The notes under the pieces: model-generated
What the model was told of the DNA's origin: nothing
The model's input: the letters and a program-made list of their open reading frames with translations, nothing else
The model's database searches: none
NCBI GenBank assembly: GCA_024763475.1
Contig: JANTFM010000001.1
Coordinates: forward strand, 7,879 to 71,878
Length of the DNA stretch: 64,000 bases
From: Acidobacteriota bacterium
GTDB lineage: Bacteria; Acidobacteriota; Polarisedimenticolia; J045
Direction of reading: 5' to 3'
Shown: positions 1 through 8,259 of the stretch, one piece after another
Layout of the letters: the number at the start of each line of letters is the position of its first letter
How positions within the stretch are numbered: the stretch's first letter is position 1
Made by a program: the position numbers and the translations under genes

Positions 1-417
1 GGCCTGCAACCGCACAATCTCGTCGGGCAAGTCCTGGGGGAGACAGGTCTCCTGGGAGTTCTCTCGTTCGGCATAATGGTTTTCGCGACCTTCCTCGCTC
101 TCGTCAGGATTCGTCGCCGGGGCAAAGACAACGAGGACCCGGCCCTCCTGGCGATGGGCCAGGGCGGGCTCCTCGTCCTCTTCTTCCTGTTCATCGCGGG
201 GACCTTCGGGCACAACCTCTACCGCTACAACTGGATCTGGTTGACAGCTCTGACCGCCGCGGCATGGAACGCTGCGGACCTTGTGTATCCGCCGAAGCAG
301 CGGGGAGTCCTCAAGGTGAACACGATCAAGCTGGGCGGCGACAGAGGAGTTCCCCAGTGCCCCCCGTCAGAACTCAGCGGCGGCGAGGGTTGTCGAGAGC
401 TCCCGTCCAGAACTTGA
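1..417 (+). CDS. O-antigen ligase/Wzy-family membrane protein, 3' part (5' end outside the window)
   Basis: Frame open from base 1: GLQPHNLVGQVLGETGLLG matches the HN-x6-E-x-G-x-x-G motif of Wzy_C/O-antigen ligases, followed by hydrophobic helices. The C-terminus runs into the 40-bp repeat. Confidence 0.75.
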   Translation, partial: GLQPHNLVGQVLGETGLLGVLSFGIMVFATFLALVRIRRRGKDNEDPALLAMGQGGLLVLFFLFIAGTFGHNLYRYNWIWLTALTAAAWNAADLVYPPKQRGVLKVNTIKLGGDRGVPQCPPSELSGGEGCRELPSRT

Positions 418-600
418 AGGCGGCGAGAGTCATCCAGAGCTCCCGTCCAGAACTTGAAGGCGGCGAGAGTCATCCAGAGCTCCCGTCCAGGACTTGACGG
501 CGGCGAGAGTCATCCAGAACTCCCGTCCGGAACATTGCGGCGGTGAGAGTCATCCAGGGCTTTCGGTCAGAACTCAGCGGGTGATGAGGGTCGTCCAGTG
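366..600. repeat. Degenerate 40-bp tandem repeat, ~5 units
   Basis: Units of the form CGGCGAGAGTCATCCAGAGCTCCCGTCCAGAACTTGAAGG start at 381, 421, 461, 501 and 541. GTCAGAACTCAGCGG occurs at 366 and 566. No spacers. Confidence 0.95.
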
Positions 601-1125
601 ACCCGCGCCATCTTCCTGGCTGTGGATCCGGAAGTCTGAGCTCTTCAGTTCATCGATCAGCGGGATCGGCTGGAACTCGCTCTCGAGACGAACGGCCTGG
701 CCCGGAGCCGCATCGTTCAGCAGGCCCCTGACCTTCGCCAAGGGGTGCTGACCCTCCGCGAGCAGCGCCTCGACGGCAAGGGTCTCGAGGATCTCTGCCG
801 TGGTGACCCACGCCGGGGTTTCATCGGCGCGTTTCCTCCCGTTCGCTTCTTTGCCCTCACCCTCGCCGAGGCCCTCAGGTTCGTTGTCATGGCCCTCGAG
901 CAGGTCCTGCCCCACGTCCTTCCGGAGGCGCATGACGAGGTCCTTGGTCTCGATCCCTGCAATCCCGGCGGCCTTCTCGAGAGTGGCGAGCTTCGCGACC
1001 GTCTTGCGGAGCATCGGGACGCGCAGCTTCTCGAAGATCGGTGCGATCTCGATCAGGGTTTCTTCCAGCTGCGGATAGGCATCGAGCAGTTCGCCGACGC
1101 GGGTGAGCGGGGTGATTGGCAGCAT
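574..1125 (-). CDS. DUF1858-domain protein with a C-terminal DUF2249/SirA-like domain
   Basis: MLPITPLTRVGELLDAYPQLEETL...LRKTVAKLATL is DUF1858-like; C-terminal GQHPL...FQPIPLIDEL. ATG at 1125, just downstream of the DUF438 gene stop. Confidence 0.75.
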   Translation of the reverse strand: MLPITPLTRVGELLDAYPQLEETLIEIAPIFEKLRVPMLRKTVAKLATLEKAAGIAGIETKDLVMRLRKDVGQDLLEGHDNEPEGLGEGEGKEANGRKRADETPAWVTTAEILETLAVEALLAEGQHPLAKVRGLLNDAAPGQAVRLESEFQPIPLIDELKSSDFRIHSQEDGAGHWTTLITR

Positions 1126-1127
1126 GC

Positions 1128-2378
1128 CTAGCCTTCCTCCCCTGTGTCGACCCAAGCCAGCAGGCGCCGCTCGCCCTCGAGCGCGCGCAGCCGGGTCAAG
1201 TCCTGGGTCACTTCGAGGCAGCCGAGATAGTCCTTCTGCGGATTGCGTACCGCGAAGTAGCGAATGTGCACGAAGCGAGGACCCATCTGGATCCAGAACT
1301 CCGCCACGTCTTCCTTCTGGCTCCTGAAGTCGGCGAGGATGCGCTCGACGATGTGCACGCTGTGCGGGGGATGGCAGTTGTGCACTTTCCGCCCGATGAT
1401 CGAGTTGGTGCGCGGGAAGACCCGGTCCGGACCTTCCGAAAAGAAGCCCACGCGATCGTCGGCGTCGACGAAGGTCATATCGAAGGGCAGGATGCCGAGG
1501 ATGCTCTTCAGCTGCTCTGGAGTGACCTGTCCCGTGCCCAGCGCCACGGCCGCTGCAGCCGCCGACTCTGCGCTCGGGTCCGGCGTGGCGGGCTCGGCTG
1601 GCGAGTAGCCAAGATTCGGCTTCACCAGGCAATAGCCGTAGCGCTTACCCTCCCGGTAGATAGCCCCCCACTCGTCAGGCTCGAGCAGATCGAGGGCCGC
1701 CGGGAGGAGAATCTTCTCCTCCTTGAAGATCATCTCCAGCATCGCCGCGAGGAGGGGGGTGGCGACGTGCTCTCCGACGAGCTGCCATTCCCCGAGCCCC
1801 GCGCTCTCCTCCGCGAGGGCCTGTCGCAGCGCTCGGAGCATCTCGCGGACGTCATCGTCCTTGGCCCACATCACCTGGGACGGCCCGGCCACGCCGTGCT
1901 GCTCGAGGTGGGGGAAGACGAGGTTCTCCTTGCGGGCGTAGTGCTTCTCGATCTCCAGCAGCTTCTCGGTGCTCTGCCGCCAGCGATCGATCAGGCTCTC
2001 GAGTCCGTCCGTCGATTCCCGTCCGCTGAGCTCATCGAGGAGCTCCTGCATCTCGTCGATCGCGTGAGTGATCGCGGTGTTCTCCCGTCGGAAGGTGTCC
2101 ACCGGGTGTCCCAGAGGGATCGGCGGATCGACGGGTGCGCTGAGCACCTCCCTCACGACCTCGGAGTGCAGGTCGCACATGGCCTTGATCTCGGAGGGAT
2201 CCATGCCCTCCTCAATCAGCTGATGTTCCATGGCGACGATCTCGTCACTTGTCGTCTCGCTCACCAGCGCGCTGAGGCGCGCCTTGACAAATTCCGGGGT
2301 TTCTCCCGTGTGGAGGCCGGTGATGACCTGCTTGAGCTGTTCGATGCGTTTCTGACGGTTGTTGATCAGTTCGGACAT
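1128..2378 (-). CDS. DUF438 / hemerythrin-like / PAS domain protein
   Basis: LHTGE...MEHQLIEEG...MCDLH (DUF438), GHPVDTFRREN and HYARKENLVFP (hemerythrin-like), LPFDMTFVDADDRV...NCHPP (PAS_10). Confidence 0.85.
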   Translation of the reverse strand: MSELINNRQKRIEQLKQVITGLHTGETPEFVKARLSALVSETTSDEIVAMEHQLIEEGMDPSEIKAMCDLHSEVVREVLSAPVDPPIPLGHPVDTFRRENTAITHAIDEMQELLDELSGRESTDGLESLIDRWRQSTEKLLEIEKHYARKENLVFPHLEQHGVAGPSQVMWAKDDDVREMLRALRQALAEESAGLGEWQLVGEHVATPLLAAMLEMIFKEEKILLPAALDLLEPDEWGAIYREGKRYGYCLVKPNLGYSPAEPATPDPSAESAAAAAVALGTGQVTPEQLKSILGILPFDMTFVDADDRVGFFSEGPDRVFPRTNSIIGRKVHNCHPPHSVHIVERILADFRSQKEDVAEFWIQMGPRFVHIRYFAVRNPQKDYLGCLEVTQDLTRLRALEGERRLLAWVDTGEEG

Positions 2379-2538
2379 ATTGGCTCTCCATCGTGGGAGG
2401 GATTCGAGTGCGGATGGTCGTGAGCTTCATGCGATGTTGTCGCGCTTTGTCGGGAAGATGCACCCGATCACTATCCGTACCGGCCAAATATTGTGGATTG
2501 CCATGCGTGCCGGGAGCGCGCGCGGTACCTTCCGCAGC

Positions 2539-4758
2539 ATGACGCCTTACAGAAAAACGGCCTGCCGCGCCGCTATTGTGCTCTTCCTGCTATCAACCTG
2601 GGTGGTTTCGACCCAGGCCCAGATCCGCGTGCTCTTCGATGCCTCACACCGCGAGAATGCCGCGAACGCGGACTGGGTGATCGATGCGGACTCCTGGGAT
2701 CTCAACCAGGAGCACTATCCTTGCGGCCAGTGGGCGAACGAGGCCCACGCACAGCGTCACCCGACGCCGAGCCAGTACCTGGTGGAGCCCGACGACGCCG
2801 AGACGATCTGGACGGGCGCCTTCTCGGCCTTCGGTATCGACCTGGTCAAGCTGGGATACGAGCTCGAGTCCCTGCCGGTCGAGGGCCGCGTGAGCTACGA
2901 AGATCCCACGAACGAACAGGATCTCTCGCTCTACGACATCCTCGTTCTCCCGGAGCCCAACCTACCGTTTAGCGGGGAGGAGATCCTGGCGATCCGGGAC
3001 TTCGTCCAGGACGGGGGCGGGCTCTTCTTTATCGCCGACCACCAGAGCTCCGACCGGGACTGCGACGGCCATGATTCGCCGCACATCGGAAACGATCTGA
3101 TGGGGGTCGTCATCAGCGGCGGCGTGATCACCGACGCCGGGCTTTTTGGAATCGTTTTCAACGTCGAGGAGATCGCCGGGCTCGGGGATGCTGACTACTG
3201 GTTCACGGATGGCGTGGACGACAACGTGTCGCCGGACCTCGACGATCCGATCATCCACGGGCCCCACGGGGATGGAAGCGGGGGACTCGGCCTCTTCGGC
3301 TCGACGGCAATGACCCTCGACAGCGGTGCTAACGCCACCGTACACGCGCACATTTGGAAGAGCGATGCACCCGAGCAGGGCGATCAGAGAGTGACCTTTG
3401 CCACGGCATGGTACGGACTCGGACGCATCGCCTGCATCGGGGACTCGTCTCCCGCCGACGACGGTACCGGCGACACCGGCGACAGCCTCTACGACGGTTG
3501 GGACAAGGCCTCCGGCGGCGTCGCCAACCGTGAGATCCACCTGAACGCGATCGCGTTTCTCGCCGACGCGCCCGCGGACGAGACGCCCCCCGCCAAGGTC
3601 CAGGACCTCCTCGCAACACCCCTGAGTGGAAGCAGCGTCCGGCTGGAGTGGACGGCGCCGGGTGACGACGGCAACAGCGGCCGCTCCCAGAGCTACGACA
3701 TCCGCCGCTCATCCTGGCCGATCCTCACGGACGCCGAGTTCGAGGTGGCCACAGCCCTCGACGGCGAGCCGTCTCCCTCGGTTGCCGGTACCCCAGAGAG
3801 CTGGACGGTCACCGGTCTCGACCCGGAGACGAGCTACTGGTTCGCCCTCGTGGCCCTCGATGATTTCTCGAACGTTTCGGAACTCTCGAACTCCAGCGCA
3901 GCCACCACCGGAGACGCGGGAAGCGGCGGAGCTCCCGGGGCGGATCACCTCGTGATCAGCGAGGTGCAGACGCGGGGCGTCTCCGACCACAACGACGAGT
4001 TCATCGAGCTGTTCAACCCCACGGACCATGCGGTGGATCTCTCCACCTGGAGCGTGCAATACAAGAGTTCGAGCGGCACGACCTACTTGAAGTTCGATCT
4101 TCCTGTGGCGGCATCGATCGCAGCCTACGGCTACTACTTGGTCGCGCGCCCCGAGTACACCGGCAGCGTGACGCCCGATGCCGAGCAGAGCGTCTTCTTG
4201 ATGGGGGCCTCCGGCGGCCACGTCTTCCTCGTGGATGAGCAGCAGGGCCTCGGCAGCTGTACCGACTCGTCGATCATCGACAAGGTCGCTTGGGGATCGG
4301 GCAACTGCCCGGAGGGCCGTACGGCCATCGCGCATGGAGCAGGGGAGTCCATCGAGCGCGCCCCGGGTGCCACGGATCCGGAGTGTGGCAACGGAGAGGA
4401 CAGCGATGATAACGAGGCGGACTTCGACGTGCGGCAGCCGGCCGACCCGCAGAACAGCAGCCAGAGCGAGGGACCCTGCGGGCCAGGCGGACTTGGCCCC
4501 GTGGGCGACTCGCTCGTTCTCGGGAGCTCCGGAGAGGACTCCCTCGACTGGGCCTCCTCTGTCGGCGCGGCGACCTACAAGCTTCGCCGCTCACCACAGG
4601 CCGACTTCATGCAAACCCACCCCGTCCCCGACGACACCTGGCTCCTCGAGCAGCTCCCGGGCACGCACACCGTAGATCTCGCCCAGCCAGATCCCGACGG
4701 CGCGTTCTACTACTTCGTCAACGCGGTGGGCACCGAAGGCGCCGAGTCTGCGAACTAG
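2539..4758 (+). CDS. Secreted multidomain protein: GATase-like (DUF4350-like) domain, FN3, lamin-tail domain, C-terminal FN3-like domain
   Basis: Signal peptide ending TQA after ATG 2539; VLFDASHRENAANADW; LEWTAPGDDG...YDIR (FN3); LVISEV...DEFIELFNPT (LTD). Confidence 0.8.
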   Translation: MTPYRKTACRAAIVLFLLSTWVVSTQAQIRVLFDASHRENAANADWVIDADSWDLNQEHYPCGQWANEAHAQRHPTPSQYLVEPDDAETIWTGAFSAFGIDLVKLGYELESLPVEGRVSYEDPTNEQDLSLYDILVLPEPNLPFSGEEILAIRDFVQDGGGLFFIADHQSSDRDCDGHDSPHIGNDLMGVVISGGVITDAGLFGIVFNVEEIAGLGDADYWFTDGVDDNVSPDLDDPIIHGPHGDGSGGLGLFGSTAMTLDSGANATVHAHIWKSDAPEQGDQRVTFATAWYGLGRIACIGDSSPADDGTGDTGDSLYDGWDKASGGVANREIHLNAIAFLADAPADETPPAKVQDLLATPLSGSSVRLEWTAPGDDGNSGRSQSYDIRRSSWPILTDAEFEVATALDGEPSPSVAGTPESWTVTGLDPETSYWFALVALDDFSNVSELSNSSAATTGDAGSGGAPGADHLVISEVQTRGVSDHNDEFIELFNPTDHAVDLSTWSVQYKSSSGTTYLKFDLPVAASIAAYGYYLVARPEYTGSVTPDAEQSVFLMGASGGHVFLVDEQQGLGSCTDSSIIDKVAWGSGNCPEGRTAIAHGAGESIERAPGATDPECGNGEDSDDNEADFDVRQPADPQNSSQSEGPCGPGGLGPVGDSLVLGSSGEDSLDWASSVGAATYKLRRSPQADFMQTHPVPDDTWLLEQLPGTHTVDLAQPDPDGAFYYFVNAVGTEGAESAN

Positions 4759-4813
4759 CCGGATCAGCCCGGGATCCCCTGGAATTCATTGACCCACGGC
4801 CCAGTTGTTTTGG

Positions 4814-5019
4814 GAATATGCTCGAATTATCGGTGGCGCGAGACGGGTTCTCCGTTCGCGAGCTTCGTGTGTCCATGGGCTCCGGGACCATCACCCAGGT
4901 TGATTAACGTTCCCGAGAATATGCTCGAATTATCGGTGGCGCGAGACTGGTTTCTCCGTTCGCGAGCTTCGTGTGTTCATGGGCTCCGGGACCATCACCC
5001 AGGTTGATTGACCTTCCCG
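4814..5019. repeat. ~103-bp tandem duplication, 2 copies, intergenic
   Basis: GAATATGCTCGAATTATCGGTGGCGCGAGAC...TCACCCAGGTTGATT...TTCCCG starts at 4814 and 4917, with a few substitutions and one indel. Confidence 0.95.
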
Positions 5020-5095
5020 GCGCACCCATGTGGGCAAAGTGGCAAATAACCACTCCACAGGCTCCCCGACGCATAATTTTTGCGCTACACTGACG

Positions 5096-5113
5096 TGTCC
5101 ATATCTGTGGACA
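5096..5113. promoter_or_regulatory. Candidate operator TGTCCA-N6-TGGACA upstream of the HTH-TPR regulator
   Basis: Inverted repeat in an AT-richer stretch, ending 26 bp before the GTG start at 5140. Confidence 0.45.
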
Positions 5114-5139
5114 TATGATGCGAACCCTGTGAGCTACCT

Positions 5140-6336
5140 GTGGACCGATCTCCTACCAGCCAATCCTTGAGCGAGTGCCCCCGTGATCGGGCGGGCTCTT
5201 ATCTGCGGGGTCTTCGCAACGACCGCGGGCTTAGTGTGCGCAGGCTGGCAGGATCTTCGAGGGACACGTCGTCCGGATTCGAGAAGAGTTATGTAGCCAA
5301 GCTCGAGGCGGGGAACATTCCTGTCCAGGTGCAGAAGTTCCTTACCTACATGCGCTTGGTGGGCGCCAGTGTCGATTACCTCAGCGAGTGCCTTGAAACG
5401 GCTGTCCCTGTCTCGCCTCAGGTCGTGGAACTCGGAGTAGACGAGCTTCTCTCTCATGTGAAGGAATGTGTCAGGACAGGGGATCACGAGCAGGCGATGA
5501 GGTGGGTTTTCTCGGCTCTTGAGCGCTTCGAGCCGGATGATGTTTCTTCGGAGAAGGTGACCCTCCTCAGGGCCGGCGGAATCGTGGCCAAGCACATGAG
5601 TCTCTGGGAACTCGCGAAACGATTTGCGGAGGATTCCCTTAACGTACCGGGGATCACGCGTCTCGAGCGCGCGAAGACACTCCTTCTCTTGGCCGAGGTC
5701 TACTCGGCGATGGGCCAGCCGGAAAGCGCGAAGATTCATCTCCAGCAGATTGGAGAGGCAGAACTCCGAGCCAACCAGAAGCTCCGCCGAGGCTTTCATC
5801 ATAATTATGGCCTCGTCCTGCTGGACTCGGCGCGACCGGAAGACAGGCAGGAGGCGGAGCTTTCGCTGCGCCTGGCTCTGGAGGAGTACGAGAAGAGTCA
5901 GGAGAACTTGCCCGATCACGTCTGTGTGCTGGTGGTGCTGAGCCGGGCCAGTCTCGAAGCGGGTCAGCTCGACCAGGCTAAGAGCTACATCGAAGACGCT
6001 CTTGAGCGTGCAGATGCTGCAAATGATGAACGAGGCTGGCAGCGTGTGCTGATTGCGCAGGGACGGGTTTGTGCGGCGCGCTTGCGGATGGACGAGGCCT
6101 ACGCTCATCTGAGCGAGGCAGTGAAGCGCTCGCGTCGGGCGAACAACACGACCAACTGCTTCGAGGCGCAGCTCGAATTGCTTGCGGTCTGTATCTCGCT
6201 CGGACGCCAGAGCGAGGCGGAGCGCCTGCGTGCAACGCTTCGTCGGCAACAGCATCGCGTTCGACTGGATGCGGCATCCATGCAGAAGTCCCGTCGTCTC
6301 TTGGGCGATGGCGGCGCAACAGGAGGGAGCGTATGA
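5140..6336 (+). CDS. XRE-family HTH plus TPR-like repeat transcriptional regulator
   Basis: N-terminal GSYLRGLRNDRGLSVRRLA...KSYVAKLEAG (XRE HTH), followed by helical repeats (LAEVYSAMGQPESA, LEAGQLDQAKSYIEDALE). Confidence 0.8.
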   Translation: MDRSPTSQSLSECPRDRAGSYLRGLRNDRGLSVRRLAGSSRDTSSGFEKSYVAKLEAGNIPVQVQKFLTYMRLVGASVDYLSECLETAVPVSPQVVELGVDELLSHVKECVRTGDHEQAMRWVFSALERFEPDDVSSEKVTLLRAGGIVAKHMSLWELAKRFAEDSLNVPGITRLERAKTLLLLAEVYSAMGQPESAKIHLQQIGEAELRANQKLRRGFHHNYGLVLLDSARPEDRQEAELSLRLALEEYEKSQENLPDHVCVLVVLSRASLEAGQLDQAKSYIEDALERADAANDERGWQRVLIAQGRVCAARLRMDEAYAHLSEAVKRSRRANNTTNCFEAQLELLAVCISLGRQSEAERLRATLRRQQHRVRLDAASMQKSRRLLGDGGATGGSV

Positions 6337-7091
6337 GGGGCACTCCTCTGCTGTCGCGCGTTTCCCTTCTCCTCCTGCTCGTCAGCCTGTTTTCTTTGCT
6401 GTCCCCGGTGCAGGCTGACACTCAGGCGGCCATCGCGACGAATCCCGAAACCGGGAGGGTCGAGAAGGTCTGGCCCGAGTGGGACGGCAACGACTACGAG
6501 ATTCACTGGGCCGAACACATCAACGGTGAGTGGGCCCATGAGGCGGTTCTCACCGACAACGACGTCGACGACGTCGCTCCGCACCTTAGTCACAACGCGG
6601 GCGGTGCGACGGCCGTCGTCTGGAAGCAGGGCGGTACGGTATCGCGCATCTACTACCGCGCGAGAAAGCAGGTCTCAGGGACGTGGACGTGGCAGAGTGC
6701 CGCGACCCCGATCAGCGGCACAACCTACAACGCGTCCGCGCCCTGGATCTGCTTCGATTCCTCAGGCGATCCTTTCGTCGCCTATCGCGAGACAGGATCT
6801 GGCAGCAGCACACGGGTGATGAGTGGCGGTGGGGATGGGACGGACCCCTGGGATCCGGGATTTGCGCCGGTCTTGGTCTCAACGACGAGCTACACCGACA
6901 ATCTCCACCTCTCGGTACGTGCAGAGACTACTCATGTCTGGGTCGATTGGGTCGATTCGAGTACGCAACTCGCCTACTCGGAATGGGACACAACCAACGG
7001 CTCTTGGGGAACTCTCGCGTCCGAGAACTACTCCGGTGCGTCCGACATTCAGCCAGGAAAGGAACGCATCAGGAGCGCTATCACAGAGTGA
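6333..7091 (+). CDS. Secreted Trp-rich beta-repeat (propeller-like) protein
   Basis: ATGA overlap with the regulator stop; signal peptide ending PVQA; repeated P-x(8-10)-VVW/VAY...IYY...W units. Confidence 0.75.
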   Translation: MRGTPLLSRVSLLLLLVSLFSLLSPVQADTQAAIATNPETGRVEKVWPEWDGNDYEIHWAEHINGEWAHEAVLTDNDVDDVAPHLSHNAGGATAVVWKQGGTVSRIYYRARKQVSGTWTWQSAATPISGTTYNASAPWICFDSSGDPFVAYRETGSGSSTRVMSGGGDGTDPWDPGFAPVLVSTTSYTDNLHLSVRAETTHVWVDWVDSSTQLAYSEWDTTNGSWGTLASENYSGASDIQPGKERIRSAITE

Positions 7092-7201
7092 AGACGCTGC
7101 GGGCGCGCCCAAAGGGGGGGCGCAGTGGCTCGGAGAAACGGACCGTGGCCCCGAGTCACGTCTTCGGTTGCGGTCCATTCATTCGACGTCCGGGCTCCCC
7201 T

Positions 7202-7221
7202 GGGAGGGATGGTTCCCTCCC
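7202..7221. terminator. GC-rich hairpin between convergent genes
   Basis: GGGAGGGA-TGGT-TCCCTCCC, a perfect 8-bp stem with no U-tract. Confidence 0.3.
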
Positions 7222-7298
7222 GACAGGTCTTGAGAGCCCTTCGGCCGACATCCCTTGACGACGAGGGACATGAGTCTCTCGGCGCGTCTCGAACGCGG

Positions 7299-7860
7299 TC
7301 ACTTCGTCTCGCGCCGTCGAGCCGTCACGAGTGGCGCCGGCAGAGTCGTCGCGAGGCGTCGGATGGGTGGGGGACTGGTCTCACTCTTCCGGGGTAGAGA
7401 CAGCGCTATGACCCCGAAGAGCGGGAGGACTGCGACGCCCGGTTTCTTGGAGAAGAGGATGCCCGCAAGGAAGAGTGCGGATCCTGCCAGAGCGATCCAG
7501 GATCCCGATCGGAGCTGACGAGCGAAGGCGATCAGGCTGGCCAGCAGAAAGGCGGGCATCATCAGATCGGAACGCCCCGAGGCCCAGGTGACGGACTCAA
7601 CACGAACCGGGTGCAAGGCGAAGAGCAGGCCGCTGGCGCCGCCCATGGCAAGTGCGCGGGCCGGGTCGAAGGAAGCGAATCCACTCAGGAGGACGGTGAG
7701 TCCTGCAAAGAAGGCGCTGACGAGGGCGTGCAGCCCCACGCTTGTCCGGAAAGAACGCGGGAGTTCCGACTCCAGCTCGAGGCCACCCGCCTCGAGCGCT
7801 CCGCCGTGGCCGCCCCCCCACGAGCAGGCCGACGAGGATCGCAGCGACGAGCATCACAGG
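7299..7860 (-). pseudogene. Remnant of a TMTC-like (GT-C fold) membrane glycosyltransferase
   Basis: LHALVSA...LLFALHPVRVESVTWASGRSDLM is the typical HP-x3-E-x-V-x-W-x-SGR motif. The ORF is only 146 aa, hydrophobic upstream pieces lie in other frames, and the C-terminal part is missing. Confidence 0.6.
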
Positions 7861-8259
7861 TGGCGAGTGAACAGAGAGCTTCAACGCGGACCTCCGAGGA
7901 CCTTGCACAGGGATTCCAAGCTCGACAATGGACTCCGTGAGTTTCCCTTGCCACCAACGCTGCCGCTCCCCCGGACGCTCGGGGCTGGTAGCAGAGGCTC
8001 GTCAAGAATAACGACAAACTAGGGTCTGAGCAGAGTAATAGTTCGCAATAGCCTGGGACTATCCGGAGTGATTCAGATGTGACTCAAGGACTGGCTTCTT
8101 GTCAATGTACACGTATGATCCCGACTTGCCGTTCCGTCTGTAGGGAACAGATTCCACCACAGGGAAGCAATGGAACACACCGGGAGCTGCTGCGGGGGCG
8201 CTTCGGGCGTGAGATGTCCCGTTCTGTCGTGTTGGACGAGAGAGCGGCCCACGAGGGGT

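Noticed and set aside
366..600. CRISPR array
   Set aside because: Units are head-to-tail with no unique spacers, and no cas genes are present.
1116..2423. Long antisense ORFs (also 15827..17419, 34143..35558, 47032..48432, 59118..60503, 63205..63984)
   Set aside because: Shadow frames of real genes in high-GC DNA, with no recognisable motifs.
4814..5029. Small peptide gene or structured ncRNA in the 103-bp duplication
   Set aside because: Short ORFs lack an RBS or signal features and the copies differ by an indel; the small hairpin matches no RNA family I recognise.
8041..8259. Riboswitch in the leader of the giant protein
   Set aside because: Only weak pairing; no recognisable aptamer consensus.
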